DNA of 64,000 bases, from positions 54,957 to 118,956 of the forward strand of contig CAWFGW010000011.1 in the NCBI GenBank assembly GCA_963815495.1. The letters run 5' to 3'. Below are positions 59,787 to 64,000 of the stretch, in pieces. The DNA is from an uncultured Cytophagales bacterium (lineage in GTDB: Bacteria; Bacteroidota; Bacteroidia; Cytophagales; JAAEPT01). A program made the translations under genes and the position numbers. The notes beneath the pieces are model-generated. The model saw only the letters and a list, made by a program, of their open reading frames with translations, searched no databases and was not told the origin of the DNA. The number at the start of each line of letters is the position of its first letter. Position 1 is the stretch's first letter.

Positions 59787-60398
59787 TTAGTCATTTTTTG
59801 ATAAGTCAAAGCCTAACCCTACTGTCATGGAAAAATAACCACTTTCTCCTTCGCCTTCATTAAGGATATTAATCATTCCATTTCCATAACGTAAATCCAA
59901 ACTGAACACGGCAAACTCTGATTCTAAATCAATACCAGCTCCATATACAGTGGTTAAGTTGAATCCTTTAAATTGATCTGCTATCGGTTGCGAAACCCCT
60001 GCGTTTTCAATGAGACTAGTATTTTCACCTACTTTAAAACCAACTGACTCGCCAATAAACGCATACGGGTAAATGGATTCTCCGAGAGGGATTTTTATTT
60101 TTAAGAGAAGAGGAAATTCCAAATAAGATAATTTAGGGTCATACACTTGATTTTCATACGTATACCTTCCTCCTATTTGGGTATATAAAACTTCAAATTG
60201 AAAGTCAGCGAAATTTGCAAATCCTAAATTAGCAAACCCTCCGATGGTGGGTCCAGCATTGGTCTCAGCATCACTGATAGATTCACCATTGAATTTACTA
60301 AAAGCAACGCCTCCTTTAAAACCAAGCGAAGTCGCGATTTGTGCGTGACTTGAATACAACATTACTGACAGAAACAATAGAATATATAATTTTTTCAT
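59787..60398 (-). CDS. PorT-family outer membrane beta-barrel, paralogue 2
   Basis: Same motifs; visibly colinear paralogue of 58944..59588. Confidence 0.85.
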   Translation of the reverse strand: MKKLYILLFLSVMLYSSHAQIATSLGFKGGVAFSKFNGESISDAETNAGPTIGGFANLGFANFADFQFEVLYTQIGGRYTYENQVYDPKLSYLEFPLLLKIKIPLGESIYPYAFIGESVGFKVGENTSLIENAGVSQPIADQFKGFNLTTVYGAGIDLESEFAVFSLDLRYGNGMINILNEGEGESGYFSMTVGLGFDLSKND

Positions 60399-60586
60399 TT
60401 GATAAATATTTTTTTTGTTTTAAAATCAATTCTATATCCAAAAAAATCATACCCTACTTTAAATAATTACTATGAACATAGTACAGGTGCTTTTAAAGAT
60501 ATAAAGTGTGCAATTATTAAGACACTGTAGAATTGAATTCACTAATGTGATTTGTAGTTTTTTAAGTAAAAATTTAAAAAAAGGAA

Positions 60587-60618
60587 ATTGAGAATTACAC
60601 TAAAGTGTAATTCTCAAT
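60587..60618 (-). terminator. 14-bp perfect hairpin, terminator of the Tc toxin gene
   Basis: ATTGAGAATTACAC-TAAA-GTGTAATTCTCAAT 6 nt past the stop, followed by a T-rich tract on the minus strand. Confidence 0.75.
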
Positions 60619-60624
60619 AATATC

Positions 60625-63600
60625 TTATTCTATATTATATTCCAGATAAAGAATAATATCTCCTAACTTTTCGTTATCAACTGCTATGGCAGGTCCTGCA
60701 GCAGGAGGAGTTGGAGATAAATCCCCACCATTTAGTATAGATATAATATGATTTTTAAGAATCCCCGTATTAAATAAACTACCCAAATCTTTACTGTATA
60801 AATCTCCTAAAGTAGAGTCTTTTGTAAATCCCGTTTGTGAAACATCATTTACGCTTATATCTAAACCAGCAACAGTTTGATTAGGTGGCGTGACTACTAT
60901 TAGTTTGGCTTTAGTAACCTTTAAGTTTTTTCCATTCATAAAAAATGGGAAGTGTTTACTCTGAATTTTTACCGTAATGGGTGTATTCACCACTTGATTT
61001 GTCAACCTATGAAAATCATTTGAAAACTCTTGTCTAAAACTAAAGGTCCGTGAAAGGGAATTGTTTTTTAATACATTTAGAAGAGTTCCTTCAATACTAT
61101 CATTTTGCTCTTCCACTTTGTCTCGGAACAACTCGTCATACTCAGCTACATAACTAATATGAATAATTACATCATTGATTGTACTGTAATCGAATTGTCT
61201 AAAATTTTTAGGTAAGGACAGTTTCCAAGAGCTAATTGCCCCAGCCCCTTCAAAAGGCATATATCGATCATCTCTGAAGTTCAATTGGAATACTCCAGCA
61301 TCATTTTGCGCGGTACTCGTTGCAATAGTAGTCGTGCGTGATTTTGGAACTTCTTTTAGTTCTGATGTACCCAACTTCGGTTCCATTCTAACCCTACTAG
61401 ATTGAAGTGATAGGTTTGCACTTACATTCGTATAAGGACCTGTGATGGATGGAATCGTAAGCCTCACCGATTGAATTTTTCTTCGATATTGACCTGGGTA
61501 AAATAAATCGAAGAAAACTTCAGGCACAGTAAACTCACATGAACCTGTTTGTTTTAACAATAAAAGAGCATTAGGATCAATTTGAGTCAAGGAGAAAGCT
61601 TGGTCTATTTCATTTTTTCGATAGTTTGTTTCTAAATAACGTCTCTCCATAGTTTGTAAAGACATCATCAATTTTTCGCCTGACAACAACCCTCCTCTTG
61701 AGGCTTCAAAATAATTGCCATCCAAAAAAATGGTATTATCATCTCTTTCATAACGATATGCTTGTTCAGCTAAACGAGCAATTGATAAAGCATTATTATA
61801 CGCTTCTTTAAATAAACGTTGCATCGTTGAGGATAACCAGGTGTACAACCCTAGATTGGAAAATTTTTCACCATAAAAATCCATCACATCTTTGTTGTGT
61901 TCAATATTCTTTTGATGAATTTTTTCAGACTCAATTAAAATATCTCTTCTAATTTCAGCCGCGACAAGGTTTTTCTCCGTTTGTTTCACCTCATATTGAA
62001 GTAATTGCTTTTGATGTTTCCAACCTTGTGATCTTCTGTCAAATCCTGCTTCCAAACCGGCTGATGAAGAAATAGCTTCCGCAACAGAGGCGGCATCTTT
62101 CATAACCATTGCCCAAGCATTGGCACTATTACCAGTTTCTTGCCCTCCATATTTCATAGCAAACGGAGAACCAACTTGAGGAATTAAGTATAATATCCCT
62201 GCAATTGTATCTGTTAGTCCTGCAGCGACTTGCAATGCAGATACTGAGTGTCTAAATATCTGTTGCGCTTTTTCGTTAGGATTTACATGTTCTGAAACTA
62301 AACTTTCATAATATCCAATTTGATAGTTTAAAGAGGATAAGCGATCGTTTAACACCTTAATTCCTTCATTGGCACTATCAATTTCTAGTCTTCTGCTTTT
62401 TGAAGACATTTCTAGTATATTTTGTTGTTGCTTCATACGCAACAAAGACAAATCTTCACCATTTTTCTTTTCTATTGCAGTCAATAAGGAAGATCCAAAA
62501 CTTTGGACCATAGATGTAAATGATTTTGCTTTTTCTAAAATGTACGTGAACCGATAAGGAGGAAGATTACCACTAATTGAATTTAAAATATCATCTAATG
62601 AAAGTCCTGCTGCTCGTGCACGCACTAACAATCGGGGATCAATTTCTGGTGAGAATAACGCCAATTGTCTTTTTTGACCTTGTATGTTCATACAATTTCG
62701 GATTTTATATAACCGATCATCTACTCGATCATAGTAGCCTAATAAATCTTTATTTCCAGGCACACAAAACACAGGAGAAATATGCTTGAGAATGCTCCAA
62801 CTAAATGATGGAATTCGATATTTTCCTTTAGTATAAATAGAGTCTTTCTTCCAATTCAAACCTCTGATAGTACCTCTAGAAAATTCTGCTGTCACTTTAT
62901 CATTTACAGGTTTTATGGTTGTTTCCGGAAAATATTCTTTCCGTAAAGCGGCTAATTCTTCATATTCGAAAGTGATGTTGCCATACTCCAACGATCAATA
63001 ACTGGCTTCATCGTTTTTCATTATGCTTCTGTAGGTTTGCTTTGATTTTTCTTTAATCTTATTGTTTTCAATAAAATCGGTTTTCCGCTTTTGTGTTTTT
63101 CTTGAAGCTGTTTTTACGATGGTATAACTTTCCAATTCTGCTAGAAACTCAGACCCTCTGTTAAGTAGGGGTTGAATGTTTTCATATGTTTTAGGATTAG
63201 CTTTTCCTTCTCCGCAATCACCAATTTGAGCAGGACGGTCACCCAATATTTCTTTGGCTATAACATATAATAAAGTTGCTTCGTTAATGGATTCCATGGT
63301 GTCTTGAGAAAACAATTGATCACCCCAATCCAATAAATTATCGATGTACTTCATGACGATGCATTTTTGATAAGCACTCATTCGTAACCTAGCAATTGCA
63401 TGCGGATTAAAAGGATCTTTTTTATAAACTTCAATAGCTTCTTTATTATTGAGTTGATCTCTCAGTTTTTGGGTATCAACATCTCTAAATTCCAAGTATT
63501 GCCAATTTCTATCCAACGCCATTTTTTCCTTTTGAGCAGCAGTGAGACCTGGTGTTGAAAAATCAATCACTTCATTTGCTCCGGGATTAAAAATATAATG

Positions 63601-64000
63601 ATACCATTTTTGGGCCTCCGCATATTTACCCTGACTATTCAAATGATTGGCTAATAAAAACGGAATATGAAAGAATATTTCTCTATAATAATTACCATAT
63701 GCTCCTTTAAAGTCAATTTTGTCACTAACTACTAAATTTTCAATTTTACCAGGAGTTATATTTATTGGTACTGGTGCTTCTTTTAGTTTTTTCTGCGTTT
63801 CTATACTGAGAGTCGTATCTATACCACTTGTAAATAACGTACGTGTAAGTGTTTCGCTTAACGTAGTACCCATTCTTTTTACAAGAAATTCGTTTCCTTC
63901 TACTGTAGATCCTTGTAGTAAAAGTAAATCACCTTGCGAGTCAATAATTGCATCGCTGAAGATTCCATTAATTATTTGAACATTGCTCCCTCTTTCTAAA
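60625..64000 (-). pseudogene. Tc toxin complex subunit A (TcdA/TcaB-like), 5' end outside the window, interrupted by an in-frame TGA at 62995-62997
   Basis: DFKGAYGNYYREIFFHIP, AQKWYHYIFNP, PFNPHAIAR, LLDWGDQLF, FCVP.N..L, DRLYKIR.C.NI.G, PPYRF, KFSNLGLY.W and YMPFEGAGAISSW motifs. The two ORFs share one frame (Y-stop-S-L) and the frame stays open to the window edge. Confidence 0.8.

Noticed and set aside
62995-62997. Alternative genetic code (UGA as Trp/Gly) or selenocysteine
   Set aside because: eutB, crtI and others terminate at TGA at expected lengths; no Sec machinery is visible and the context is not a redox motif
292-63979. Numerous 60-120 aa antisense or alternate-frame ORFs in the ORF track (e.g. 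1652..1972, 26450..26809, 54017..54370)
   Set aside because: They overlap well-supported genes and show no motifs; treated as shadow ORFs

Overview
AT-rich chromosomal window from a Bacteroidota bacterium, probably Cytophagales. The assignment rests on type IX secretion (T9SS) C-terminal domains, PorT-like porins, TAnnTTTG-type promoters and a Bacteroidota-type crt cluster. In order, the window holds: a partial TPR-CHAT protease; a minimal ethanolamine operon (permease, eutB, eutC); an AsmA/DUF748-like protein; a DEAD-box helicase and cold-shock protein; a PRC-barrel/membrane protein/baeRF cluster; a GlxA-type AraC regulator divergent from an 8-gene VOC/GyrI/DHFR-like operon; an MBOAT-SGNH-MBL operon; MATE, MoxR, an ECF sigma and a CarH/LitR-type B12 photoreceptor; a TPR-LpoB-COG3014 operon; a cyanate ABC transporter with cyanase; a second, giant AsmA-like protein; crtI-crtB-orf-idi-crtZ; three tandem T9SS cargo proteins with different N-terminal propellers on a shared DUF7619-like stalk; a ParE-type toxin-antitoxin pair; acs; an Omp85-family protein; an FG-GAP T9SS protein; two PorT paralogues; and the 3' part of a Tc toxin A subunit interrupted by one in-frame TGA. 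I saw no rRNA, tRNA, CRISPR array, integrase or transposase. All family calls come from recognising motifs by eye, not from database searches.
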